From assembly GCF_000143415.4 (NCBI RefSeq), contig NW_003314329.1:931763-995762 (forward strand): a stretch of DNA of 64,000 nt, given 5' to 3'. The DNA is from Selaginella moellendorffii. Taxonomy: Eukaryota > Plantae > Lycopodiophyta. The stretch's first letter is position 1; the number at the start of each line of letters is the position of its first letter. Of the stretch, positions 26,651 to 39,092 are shown piece after piece. The translations under genes and the position numbers were made by a program. Under the pieces are notes generated by a model. The model had not been told where the DNA came from. It ran no database searches and saw only the letters and a program-made list of their open reading frames with translations.

Positions 26651-27524
26651 AGTGATCAAATCACTATGTAAACTAAAAATCGCATTCTTTAACCCAACAA
26701 GGAGCTTATCCTTGATTAACTAGCCATATAATATGACTTGGTCAAAGTAAAGACACCCAAGTAAATTGATTTGTGACAATACAATAATATTGGGAGTCTA
26801 AGAAAGTAGTTTCCAAAGAAGGACCCAAGGGAGGGTTGCAAGATTAGGCCATAGATAAAGGCCACAACAGAAAATTTTAAAAAAATTTACTAGAGGTGAA
26901 CACTTTTTGGACTTTGCAAAATAAAGCTTTGTTATGGAATAAAAATGACTTCAAGGATGAGGTAGCAATCATAAGTTTTTTGATGCAGCAAATAGTAAAT
27001 AGGAGTAAAATATTAGTGATCAAGAATGAACTTTGGAAAATTATTGAATGGGATCCAAATAATAAGTTAGGCAAAAGACCACCATTTGGTGGACACTAAT
27101 AAATTATGGAAAAAGTAATAGATTCCCAAGGTCCCAAGTGCTCTAATTTGGCAAAAACTAAAAACTATAAAAAAAACTTTAAAAACCTTTAAGAGATAGA
27201 ATGGGAAATTAGCTAGACTATGAATAATCCTAACACAAATTATAGATAAGTAGAACTTAGTGCTTAAAGTGGCACAAGAGGATGATAGTGTCCTCAAGTA
27301 AAAATACTCTTTAAGATGGGGAAGTGGAGTTTGCACAATATATACAATAGAAAATGCGAAAAACATATAGAAAATTGACATGAAAAGTTAACATTGAAGT
27401 TTTAAAGGATGATGGTTGCATTGATATGGTTTGAGACTACTCTAAAATGAGTATTAAGATTGAGAAAGATAATGTTTATGGGTTTAGTGGGATCTAAACC
27501 AATAAAGCAAGAGAATCATCACAA

Positions 27525-28054
27525 TGTAAGCTTTTGATCCTTAAAAGTCATTTAGCCGAATATTATTTAAACCCAATGATGCTTAACCCTAAATATCCCT
27601 AAATTTTTAACCAATTAAAAAGAGGGGCACACTCTTGTTTATGGATCCTTTCCCTCTATATTTAAACCTTAATGTAATCCTAAAACTTTTAACCAATTAA
27701 AAAAAAGAATACACTTTTGTTTATGAGCCCTTTCCCTCTATATTTAAACCCCAATATAAATTAAAGGTAAATTGGATATGCTAGATGTCAATCTTGTGAC
27801 TTCTTTGATACCAAATATAAATTAGAGGTAAATTGAACCTACCAGATGTCAATCTCATGACCTATTTGATACTAAATATCAACTCTTGAGTTTGGATTTC
27901 CTAAGAGGTCACCTAGCTCAGTACTACTTAAACCCAAGGATATCTTAAAACTTTTAATTAATTGAAAAAAGTGTATTTTTATTCATAAACTCTTTTCTTT
28001 TATATTTAAACCCCAACAGATTGTCTCTTGAATTATTCTTTTTACTTGCTTACA
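27525..28054 (-). mobile_element. Old, AT-decayed Cassandra-like TRIM
   Basis: Starts TGTAAGC and ends GCTTACA. Flanks CACAA/CATAA are a near-TSD. PBS relics 'tttgataccaaa' (~27804) and 'tttgatactaaa' (~27865). Decayed 5S-like block 'ggatttcctaagaggtcacctagctcagtactac' at ~27894-27927. Confidence 0.75.
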
Positions 28055-28697
28055 CATAAATAAACTAATGAGTCTCTCAATTGGAGAGTCTATACCTTTA
28101 GTGGATGTATAAGGTATGATGAGCCTTCAATGTTAAACCATTGATGAATAGTGATTTGGTGTAAAAGATAAAAATGGTAATCCATGATAAGGTTACTTTA
28201 TCAAATGGTTTATTATTCAATGAAAACATTAAACTTTGTCTGTGGGTGGTAGAGTTGTAAAACACAAATTTCTAAGCCTTAAAGTGGAGTCAAAAGTGTG
28301 CTATATGGTAGTGGCCAAAACAGAAGTCTAATGAGTGTAACACATTTAGACCAAAAATTCTAACTCGGAAAGTCGAGAGTTATAGGATGATTACTCATAG
28401 ATGGATAACCTAATCTTTAGGAAATATAATTATGATAACAATAATCTTATACTACCAATGAGAGAAATGCAAATGAACATGGTCTTAGTGTAATGGGCTA
28501 GTATGTTCCAAATGTATAGTAAGGATGTTATATGGGTCAAACATGGTTGACTAACTTGAGATATAATTTAGCTCCAACTTGACAGTGAGAGCTCACTATT
28601 CTCATAAAGTCTAATAAAATGCAAGATGCAACCTACTACCAAGCAAAATGCTACTGAAGAAAGGCACAAAAGTCACTTTTCTAGAAAAGCATAATAG

Positions 28698-30188
28698 TGT
28701 AAGCTCCTGAGTTTGGACTTCTCGGGAGGTCACCCAGCCCAGTACTGTTCAAACCCAAAGACGCTTAACTCCAAAATATCCCAAGACCCTTAACCGATTG
28801 GAAAAGGGGGTGCACTCTTATTCATGGGCCCTTTCCCTCTATATTTGAACCCTTATGGATCATCTCTCAAGTCGTTCCCTTTGGTTGCTTACAATCCACC
28901 ACACTTCCTTACAAGTTCACGCCCTCGTGAACGGAAGCTGAGAGCTGCAGCTCTCCCGAGAGCCCTGCTCTCTTGACACCTTACCCCTCGGGTCGAGCCC
29001 AGTGGGAGAAAACTGGACCAGCCAGATGTCAATCAATGTGTGGTTTGATTTCCCTACAATCCACCACACTTCCTTACAAGTTCACGCCCTTGTGAACGGA
29101 AGCTGAGAGCTGCAGCTCTCCCGAGAGCCCTGCTCTCTTGACACCCTACCCCTCGGGTCGAGCCTAGTGGGAGAAAACTGGACCAGCCAGATGTCAATCA
29201 ATGTGTGGTTTGATTTCCCTACAATCCACCACACTTCCTTACAAGTTTATGCCTTCGTGAACGGAAGCTGAGAGCTGCAGCTCTCCCGAGAGCCCTGCTC
29301 TCTTGACACCCTACCCCTCGGGTCAAGCCCAGTGGGAGAAAACTGGACCAGCCAGATGTCAATCAATGTGTGGTTTGATTTCCCTACAATCCACCACACT
29401 TCCTTACAAGTTCACGCCCTCGTGAACGGAAGCTGAGAGCTGCAGCTCTCCCGAGAGCCCTGCTCTCTTGACACCCTACCCCTCGGGTCGAGCCCAGTGG
29501 GAGAAAACAGGACCAGCCAGATGTCAATCAATGTGTGGTTTGATTTCCCTAGCCAACCAACAGAGTCATACTTGAGACCGCTCTGATACCAAATGTAAGC
29601 TCCTAAGTTTGGACTTCCTGGGAGGTCACCCAGCCTAGTACTATTCAAACCCAAGGACACTTAACTCCAACTATCCCAAGACCCTTAACCGATTGGAAAA
29701 AGGGGTGCACTCTTGTTCATGGGCCCTTTCCCTCTATATTTGAACCCCATGGATCGTCTCTCGAGTCGTTCCCTTTGGTTGCTTACAATCCACCACACTT
29801 CCCTGCAAGTTCACGCCCTTGTGAACGGAAGCTGAGAGCCGCAGCTCTCCCGAGAGCCCCACTCTCTTGACACCCTACCCCTCGGGTCGAGCCCAATGGG
29901 AGCAAACTGGACCAGCCAGATGTCAATCAAGATGTGGTGTGATTCCCTTAACCAACCAACAGAGTTGGACCCGAGACCGCTCTGATACCAAATGTAAGCT
30001 CCTGAGTTTGGACTTCCCAGGAGGTCACCCAGCCCAGTACTATTCAAACCCAAGGACGCTTAACTCCAAAATATCCCAAGACCCTTAACCGATTGGAAAA
30101 AGAGGTGCACTTTTATTCATAGGCCTTTTCCCTCTATATTTGAACCCTTATGGATTGTCTCTCAAGTTGTTCCCTTTGGTTGCTTACA
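28698..30188 (-). mobile_element. Cassandra-type TRIM tandem array: three LTRs, each with a 5S-rRNA-derived segment
   Basis: LTRs 28698-28893, 29594-29787 and 29993-30188 (TGTAAGC...GCTTACA). PBS TGGTATCAGAGC on the minus strand (29580-29591, 29979-29990). PPT-like AAGGAAGTGTGGTGGAT. Single TSD AATAG around the whole array. Minus-strand LTR segment AGTTAAGCGTCCTTGGGTTTGAATAGTACTGGGCTGGGTGACCTCCTGGGAAGTCC matches the 5S A-box/IE/C-box region. Confidence 0.93.
28894..29550. repeat. 165-bp tandem repeat x4 (amplified Cassandra internal domain)
   Basis: Units start at 28894, 29059, 29224 and 29389. Near-identical. Each holds a GTTCACG-N4-CGTGAAC-type hairpin and the palindrome GAGAGCTGCAGCTCTC. 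Confidence 0.95.
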
Positions 30189-31075
30189 AATAGCCACTTT
30201 TCTACACAAACTCCAAACTTTATCCAACTTAATTGCCTTAGCCCCAAAAATTAGCATCCCTTTCCAAGCTGCATCATACAAATTACATAATGAGGTCTAA
30301 GTTAACCAAAGTCAACTCCTCCAACCATTTCATTAGTTTGTACTAGCTTATGAAAATGGAATGGTTTTCAAACAAAATAACCAGCAGATCAACCATTGGA
30401 AAGTCTAAGAAAATTTGTGGAAAATTTTCCATCCTAGAGAAAGAATGACTCCAAATCTAGTGCCCAAGTCTCCAAATGTAGTGCATGTGGTTTTTACCCT
30501 TTATACTATGGTGATTTATCATAGAATAATCACGAAGCGGAACCTAAACCCTCTATATGCCACATACCACATACCCCAAGTTTAAGGGGCTTGGGCCACT
30601 AAACAAAAGAACAGAGCCAAACTTTTAAATATAGAGCCAAGGAATGAAGGCATTAAAGCATAGAACAACTCTTGAGTATACAGCTTAAGAAGTGAAGGGA
30701 CAGGAGCACGAAGTGACTTGGAATAGTCCTAGAGTATCTAGCATCCCAATGCTAGGACTAGCACGCAAAAGAAAGCCAAAAAATACCAAATAGAGTGTGG
30801 CACTATTTCAGTATACCAGTGGCCTAACGTGAGGATATGGGTACTCCACTAACTAGCATGGTATGAAACTTAGGCTTAGATCTAAGTTAGATATAGAACA
30901 AGGACAAGCATGTAAGCGAGAGCTAAACTATGCCTACTATACATTTGGAACCCCCGCCGCCCCCCCCCCCCCCCAACAATGCTCTCGGAAATCCCATCGA
31001 GCAGAAGAATACTTGCACCAGAGGGGGTGATCGTTCGACAAAAAAGAAACTGATTCAGGGAGCTGTGGACGCGCC

Positions 31076-31841
31076 NNNNNNNNNNNNNNNNNNNNNNNNN
31101 NNNNNNNNNNNNNNNNNNNNNNNNNNNNNNNNNNNNNNNNNNNNNNNNNNNNNNNNNNNNNNNNNNNNNNNNNNNNNNNNNNNNNNNNNNNNNNNNNNNN
31201 NNNNNNNNNNNNNNNNNNNNNNNNNNNNNNNNNNNNNNNNNNNNNNNNNNNNNNNNNNNNNNNNNNNNNNNNNNNNNNNNNNNNNNNNNNNNNNNNNNNN
31301 NNNNNNNNNNNNNNNNNNNNNNNNNNNNNNNNNNNNNNNNNNNNNNNNNNNNNNNNNNNNNNNNNNNNNNNNNNNNNNNNNNNNNNNNNNNNNNNNNNNN
31401 NNNNNNNNNNNNNNNNNNNNNNNNNNNNNNNNNNNNNNNNNNNNNNNNNNNNNNNNNNNNNNNNNNNNNNNNNNNNNNNNNNNNNNNNNNNNNNNNNNNN
31501 NNNNNNNNNNNNNNNNNNNNNNNNNNNNNNNNNNNNNNNNNNNNNNNNNNNNNNNNNNNNNNNNNNNNNNNNNNNNNNNNNNNNNNNNNNNNNNNNNNNN
31601 NNNNNNNNNNNNNNNNNNNNNNNNNNNNNNNNNNNNNNNNNNNNNNNNNNNNNNNNNNNNNNNNNNNNNNNNNNNNNNNNNNNNNNNNNNNNNNNNNNNN
31701 NNNNNNNNNNNNNNNNNNNNNNNNNNNNNNNNNNNNNNNNNNNNNNNNNNNNNNNNNNNNNNNNNNNNNNNNNNNNNNNNNNNNNNNNNNNNNNNNNNNN
31801 NNNNNNNNNNNNNNNNNNNNNNNNNNNNNNNNNNNNNNNNN
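31076..31841. other. Assembly gap
   Basis: Run of N. Confidence 1.
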
Positions 31842-34800
31842 TACTAAATATGGAATGTCCCTAGATTGTGAATTTGGATATGGGATGAACACTACTATGT
31901 TCAGAACAATATTTACATTCTGTAGATATGCCAAATGAGCAAATCTAGACACTTTCCATAAATAGCATTTGAGACCGAAATGACACTAACACAAAAGGCA
32001 TGATAACGAGGGTGTTTGGCAGATATAGTAAGCTATCATTTATTGATATTGAGGGACTAGTCTCAATATATGAGGGTTCTTATCAAGTCAATACAAGACA
32101 AAGTAAAAAAAAACTAACAAGTTGGGCCAAATATGCTTAACTAAATAGACAAATAAGAATTCATTTTTTATGCTTGTTCGGCCAAGTATAGATGCAAAGT
32201 CCAGTTTACTCACTTGAACAAAAAGGACTAATAAAGGGTTCAATAATACCAACCTTTTACTATTGTGGCAGTAAAGAAAGAATATCTGAAAGGATTAGTC
32301 GATAGGTAACTTTCAATACCTGAAGTCATATTCGCGACAATACATATCCTCCGCATACTTGGGTATTTACTTGGCTTTAAATCATGTCAACTTGACAAAA
32401 AAGAATGCTTCTCACTTTGTAACATTTTAGATTCTCTCCAACTTTGACTTTTTAATGTTTCTTTCCCACTTGGATTCCCTCATTAGGCAGTTTAATGCCA
32501 AATGCATTATATCCATATTCTTCACCACTCGATATATCACTAGAGAGTGGAAACTTTATAGGTTGCCCTCCAACTTTTAAGAATCCACTATTATCACCAA
32601 ATTTCAGCTAAAATGAATGGTAATATTTTCTAAAACCTTTTAGTGGTATGTTGTAGGTAATTTTTCTTCAACCATGCCTTTTGGTTATAAAAGAAAATCC
32701 CCATTATTATCAAGCTCCTGAATCTTCTTTATGAAAAAGATGCTCAATGCATCTAAGATTTTAGCTGGACAAAATGTAAAATCTTCTAATGTGACCTAAT
32801 TGTTAGAAATCTCTTCTAGAATGACTTCCCCCACTTCCTAAGGTGATACATTAATGGCACCACCTTTAGATTTTATTAGTATAGTTGTTGGAGCCTCTTC
32901 AATACATTCTTCTTATTGGTATTTGCCCAAGATTGCTTTTATAGCTTCCAAAACTTTGTATAAATTTGGTGAAAAAATCCCATCTATCTTGCATTATTTT
33001 ATAAAATTCCAAAGGATCCATAATGAAATCTTAAACTTTGTTGAGAATGATTTCAGAGTTTTGGACAGCCAACTCTCATAAAATAATTCATGTCAATTTT
33101 AATCCATATGGCATAATAAGATTAATTTATGTGTTTGGTTTGGTTGTTCTCTTTTCTCCTTCCTTTTACCCAGGTTCTTTTGAGCCTATCCAGCTTGCCA
33201 ATTGCAACCCCAGAAATCTTCAATAGTAAGGTTGTTGCCCACCAACTTATAGCCTCAAGGAGATATTACACAATCTCTACAATAACTCTCTTTCTCATTT
33301 TTAACTTCTCGGCCATACCTCTCTCTCTCTCAGTCCTTAACTTTTAGACATACTTAAAAACCCCATTAGTTAACAATTGTTGATAATACATACAAAAATT
33401 CTTTAACCCAACTCACCTAAAGTAATGAGTTGTTTCTTGCACCAAAATTCTTTGTTGACCACTCCAACTCTTTTGAGACCTTTCCTAAAACTTCTTTCAC
33501 ACTCAGGATCATTGTGTTTCCATAGTTGGTCTTAAATAATTTGAAGATTCCTTCTCTACAATCTTATAAAGTCGGGTTGAATTTAGAATTCTTTCTAAAC
33601 TCTCCAATACACTTAAATTGTTATTACAAGCTTAAGAACACTATGTGTTCATAATAGTTCATAAGGTATAAAGAAATTCCTCACAAAGAACACTCTTCTT
33701 TATAAAAAAAATAGAAACTTATTCATAAGATTAAAGGGTCTTGGTCTATTTATTCACTATTAATATTATCAACAATTTTAGTAAAGCTTTCTTAAACATA
33801 AAACTTGTTAACATCCACTAGCCCAGTATTCATAAATATTATAGACCATTAAAATTAACAAAAGATATTGAGGATTTTGGAGAGTCATGAATGAGATTAT
33901 GTTCTTGGGTTGGGTTTGGGTAAATATTTAAAGAGATATTTGTGAAATGTTCAAATTAAGTTCTGAAATACAAAAGTTGAAGATGGTAAAAATTCCTAGT
34001 GTACTTAATAGTTTTAGACATTTTTGAAGGACAATACCAAAGAATAATTTTACTAAAATGAGGAATTTTTTTGAGATTTATCTACTAAAATATAAATGTC
34101 AAATGAATTATTATAGAAAATATTGATATTTTGATTCCCTTCTAAAAATCACCAGGGTGAATATCTATGGCAAGCCATGCATGATTGCAGGTTTTGGGGG
34201 GAGATACAACGTGGCAAAAAATTGTAGTATACTGTAAAATATGTGAATTAAAAACACATATGTGCTTGAATTTTTTAAACACACAGCTGTGATATATTCT
34301 TTTGGATGCCACTTTTTTTCAAGGTATATATAGGAATTCTTAATCCAGATTAGTATATTGCCATATCAATATCTTTTTCTTCATTTTTCAAGTTTGTCAA
34401 GAATGGTAGAAATGCATGACAAAATGATTGATCTATCAACCTAATTAGAAATATAGCTAAACCAAGTATCATGTGAGAAGAGTATTGGCCCTAAGCCTCC
34501 ATGCTTTAGCCATTGTCCATTGCCAGTTGTGCCAATTTGGCAATGTCATTGCAACATTGGAGTGCTTGATTATGGCTCCCAGTGCATTGAGCATGTGCTT
34601 ATGATTTGCAGTGGCTACATGCATTTAGGTGTCAATCTAGAGTTTTATTGATCTCTACCTCAAAACAAGCAATAATTTCAAATGCCATATGTTTTGTGGC
34701 ATGTTCACCAAGAACAAAATCTAAGTTAGTAGAATAATTGTAGTTATTGCTAGGAGCTATAGGAGATTATCAGTTGATTGATAAAGATTGCAACATTGTA

Positions 34801-35805
34801 TGGTGTGCTGGATGAGCCAGCTTGCTGCTAGGCAGTGTGTTAATCTTTCAATGTTTTTGCCACCCAACTGTAACATGACATTATGGCAATCTTAGACATA
34901 TATGCATGTCATAAGTAATCCTAGTTAGCATGGGTTGGATTCACCCATGCTAAAATTATAATGTACACTGTCATGTTTCAATTGCTATTAAGCAATCAAA
35001 ACATGATTGTGTGCATTATAATATTATGTGAAATTCAAAATAAAAATATATATCCACACTAAGTGTAAATATATAATGCTTTTATGGACAATCAAATATT
35101 CATTTCCAGAAATATCTCTTCAATCCTTTTCCCTTCATATTAATTTTTTGACCTGTAATACTTGATCTTCCTCTTATCAGATCCAAAAGAACCTCCATCA
35201 TCTTTAATTTGCTTTTCTTCCAAAGTTCTTTTCAATTCTAGTCGAGGAGGTTTTAGGGTAACACATTAGTATATATTAGTATATTCTCAAAGGAAATTTG
35301 GTTGTGACATTGTTTGAAAACTCTTTCATATTAAATGTCATTTATTGGTTTGTTTAAACAAAATCTATAGGGGGACTAAGATGGTAGTGGATATATGTAG
35401 AATATCCCTAGATATTCTACCATCTAAAAGATTAATCTCGTATTTATAATTTATAAACAGGTTTATCTTGATTTATAAATTATAAACATGTTTATAATTA
35501 TTGATCAATTGAATTATTCAATGACACTACTATTAAGCAAACCAAACGTTATTATATGCAACCTGCAGAAAATTATTTTTAAATCTTTGAATGCTCAAAC
35601 TGTCATATGACATTTTTTTGGTCATGCCAAAATTATTCCCTGGCCAAGACCAAAGAAGCTCGAGCATTTAGTATCCTGAAAACACATGGATGGGATTAAG
35701 CTAGATTCCAGTGGCAGAGATAACTTCCTTGCTCAGTTTCTGGGGAACAAAAGCTGTTTCCTAAACACACTACTTCAACTCTTGTTTCAGACTCATAGGT
35801 GGGAA

Positions 35806-36262
35806 TCAACGCAGTAGCTCGTCCTTTCTGTGACATAAGCGCAAGTAACCCCCCTTGTTAAACACAAACTTGTCGAGATTGATTTCTGTTCCAATGGATA
35901 AATGGGGATCGTTTGTTCTGCACATTGCTAATAGATAGTAATCTCCGTCGTCCATTCTTTCCACAGACACCTCGTCGCAGGTCAGTAGAAAGTCTGAACC
36001 GGGATAGCAAAGCTTTCCATTAGTGTTTCCAACGAACCTGTAAATGGGAAGATATGCAGTGCGTGTGCGAGGAGGGCAGATTGCGGTGATGAAGGTCTTG
36101 TCCTCGGTAAGTTGAATATCTGTGCAAACTTTTGAAAAGTCTCCACAAGCCTGTGGTACAAATGAATGTACGAACTTACAAGCAAACTCTTACCTTAATT
36201 TGCATTGCGAGGAGTAAAGCCACAGCAGCAACAATAGACGAGATCACTGAGAACGATATCAT
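35806..36262 (-). CDS. Secreted cyanovirin-N homolog (CVNH) lectin, 137 aa, 2 exons (36262-36194; 36150-35806)
   Basis: Manual translation: signal peptide MISFSVISSIVAAVALLLAMQIK, then a 43-nt GT-AG intron, then ACGDFSKVCTDIQLTEDKTFITAICPPRTRTAYLPIYRFVGNTNGKLCYPGSDFLLTCDEVSVERMDDGDYYLLAMCRTNDPHLSIGTEINLDKFVFNKGGYLRLCHRKDELLR*. Two internal repeats fit the CVNH pattern FxxxCxD..LxAxC...(I/L)xxx(V/I)GNxxGxL. Confidence 0.85.
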
Positions 36263-37004
36263 ACTTCCAAAAATGCGAGTAAACTCAACACGAAAGGAAA
36301 GAAAGATAAGATCAGCTTGGCATTGTAGCGTTGCTCTAAGCAACGACTCGTGGCAGCGTTTGATCACAACACAGTTACTTCTCTTCTGTCATAAATTTTC
36401 TTAACTTCAGAAGTTGGCACAAGAAAGGTGGCGGATGATTTTTTGTATTGATCGTAAACGTACAAAACAAGAAATTTGAGAGGCCCTGGGGTCTGATGAT
36501 CAATCAAACCCACTAATTTTATTGGTGGCAAATGCCCGTAGATCGTTCGTTCTTATGTGGGACTGCGAATGTTTCTTTGGAAAATCCCGGATCAATGGGA
36601 AGATAGTAGACGGTGGTTACACGCTTGCAGCTAAACTCGCAGTAACACATTGGAGTCACAAGAGTTACGCTGCGTCATCGAAATGATCCACGACAAGGCG
36701 AGATTGTGATGATCAAACGCTGCCACGAGTCGCCGCTTAGAGCACAACGCAATCACACCTTACTCGCGTGTTCTGGATCGATCTAGAGGCAGCATTGCAA
36801 AGTCTATCACTATTCTTGACCACAAACCCTAAAAACCCTAAAGGTTGTTAGAACAAATAGAAATAGATTTCTTTACCAGTAGGCATAGGAGTCACGGCGT
36901 GAGGAGGACTGCCGACCTTCTTCCCGTGTAGCGTGCGCTACTGGGAGCTCCAGATCTAGAATGCTCTCTAGCTGAGATTCTAGGGCAGCGCCATCGATTT
37001 CGCG

Positions 37005-39071
37005 ATGGGCGAGTGGATTGTCGGCGCCGCGATCAACATCCTCGGCAGCATTGGGATTAATCTCGGCACAAATCTTCTCAAGCTGGGCCACAACCAGGCA
37101 AGATTCCAAACTCCAGTGGCAGAGAAGAGATAGAATTTCTTAGACCCTTGCTCGGATTTTTAGAGAGAAAGGGAGTGCGCGGCAGAAGGGGGAAAATTGC
37201 CACACCGGAAATCAGTGGTCCAGTTCCAAGCATGGAGGGCAGGTAAATTTTTCTTGCATTGGGATCTAGGATCTTGGCTAGCGAGCTCGAAGAAAAAATT
37301 TTTCTTAGTGGCTACTTGATTTTTTCCCAGGTCTCATCGTCTTTTTCTTTGGCAACTGCCTTAACTTCATCTCCTTTGGCTACGCGGCACAGGCAGGCTT
37401 TGAATGGATCCAATTTATTTTTATTTAAACTCGTGTTCTTCCAGTCATTGCTTGCGGCTCTCGGTTCCGTGCAATTTATTTCCAACATCGGCTTTGCGTA
37501 TTTTGTTTTGCACGAACTTGTGACATCAAGGTGGCTGCACTGTTGGTTGAGAACTTTTCATGACATTGTTGCTAGCTTTTGTCTTGTGTGATCAGAATAA
37601 TACTTGCCACAGCTTTCATTGTCGTAGGCAATGCGTTTCTAGTTGCCTTTGGCAACCATCAGTCTCCAGGTAGAAAGCTTGAGGTGTGATTTGCCTTTTT
37701 AATCTAATTTTTGGCTTCTTTCCTTCCTTTTCTGTTTTGTAGTTTTCACTCCAGACGAGCTGCTTCGCAACTACAAAAATCATATGTATCTGGTATACTG
37801 TGCGGTGCTTTTGATAATCATAGCTCTTCACCACGCTGCATACAGGTACTATACTCTCTCAAGTTACTAGCTCTTTGGAATGTTTAGAGGCTTTTCAGGA
37901 AAGGAAGGCAGCTCGTCCACGAACAGGGTTCAAACACTAACCGCAACTGGCACTTCCTCATGCCGTTCTGCTACGCTGTTGTCTCTGGAGCCGTGGGGAC
38001 TCACTCGGTGTTGTTTGCAAAGTCCTTGTAAGCATGCATTTGTCTTCACATATTGCGTGCTAACTGGTTAAAGTGCTGCCTTTTCTCTTTCAGATCAATC
38101 TTACTTCGACTGACATTGAATGGGGAGAGTCAACTGGATGGCTGGTTTACTTACTTGCTTCTGTCTCTCTTCTTCGTCACGGCTGCGTTCTGGGTAAGAT
38201 GCGCTTGCTTTATTTTGACGTAAGTTCCGAATGTTGCGCCTGCAGATGGTGCGGCTGAACGATGGACTTTCTATGTTTGATGCAATCCTCATTGTGCCCA
38301 TGCTACAAATTTCCTGGACAACGTTTTCCATTTTCACTGGATTCGTCTACTTCCAAGAATACCGGGTACTGTCTTTCGCTGTTCATCTGGTTAAAGTTTT
38401 TGGCTCCAGGTTTTTGATGGTTTCAGGGTCTGCATGTTCATAGTGGGAATAGTTGCTTTGTTCTTGGGCATTTTGCTGTTAGCACCTCAAGGGTCATCGA
38501 GTACGTATCTCTTTGCTCTATCTTTTCAAGGAATAGGGAAAGTAACACAAGTTTGTTCTGTAGGTACTAGCGAAGCATTCAAAGCGACAAAGCCAGACGA
38601 CGTTGAGTCGGCTCCTTTGATTGCCAATGCGGACAGGAAAGTGCTTCATTCCACGAGTTGCATTTGGATTTGTGTAAATTTAACACGAATAAATTTTTGC
38701 AGGCCACTAGTTTCCGAACAAGGAAGGCTTTCGAGGGCGAGAGGTGTTATCCAGAGCATTGCAGTCGACGCTTTGTCCATGGTGGGTAGAGCAAAGGTAA
38801 TAATGAAGTTTCAATCGTCTTGGCACTCACTCGGAAATATTTTTGTGTCGTTTTTCCATAGACCGCTTACAAGATGACCATGGGCTTTGGCCAAGATCAA
38901 ATTCACGCGTCCTCAGTATTCAGTATGCCGATGGTTTCTTCGTCGCGAAGTTCCTGGAGAAATCCATCTCTGTACAACGATTGGCTTTCGTCTTCTTCTT
39001 CGTTCCCCCCTCCCGCAATCGACGAAGAAGTTTTGACGTCCGAGAGAGTTTCCATCCCTCAAGACGTATAG
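37005..39071 (+). CDS. NIPA-family probable magnesium transporter (NIPA8-like), multi-exon
   Basis: MGEWIVGAAINILGSIGINLGTNLLKLGHNQ ... GNCLNFISFGYAAQSLLAALGSVQF ... RLNDGLSMFDAILIVPMLQISWTTFSIFTGFVYFQEY ... GFGQDQIHASSVFSMPMVSS. Short spliceosomal introns. Confidence 0.9.
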
Positions 39072-39092
39072 ACTTCGGGAGGTATGACTTGT

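Noticed and set aside
28894-29550. CRISPR-like array
   Set aside because: Units are whole-length tandem duplicates with no unique spacers, there are no cas genes, and the context is eukaryotic.
28715-30065. 5S rRNA gene cluster
   Set aside because: Only the ~56-nt internal control region is present, embedded in LTRs with PBS, PPT and TSD. The 5' half of 5S and its terminator are absent.
30882-31952. 305-356 aa ORFs
   Set aside because: Artefacts of translating through the N gap.
34921-34953. Perfect 11-bp hairpin TTAGCATGGGT-N7-ACCCATGCTAA next to CTAG, resembling a Helitron 3' end on the minus strand
   Set aside because: The spacing to CTAG is too short, the next base is not T, and no 5' TC end or Rep/helicase remnant was identified.
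31842-35500. AT-rich region possibly derived from decayed LINE or other TE sequence (also ~26660-27500 and 30190-31075)
   Set aside because: No motif could be recognised with confidence, so it is left unannotated.
36706-36780. C/D box snoRNA (GTGATGA followed by GCTGCCACGAG)
   Set aside because: No properly placed CTGA D box or terminal stem; better explained as one arm of the inverted repeat.
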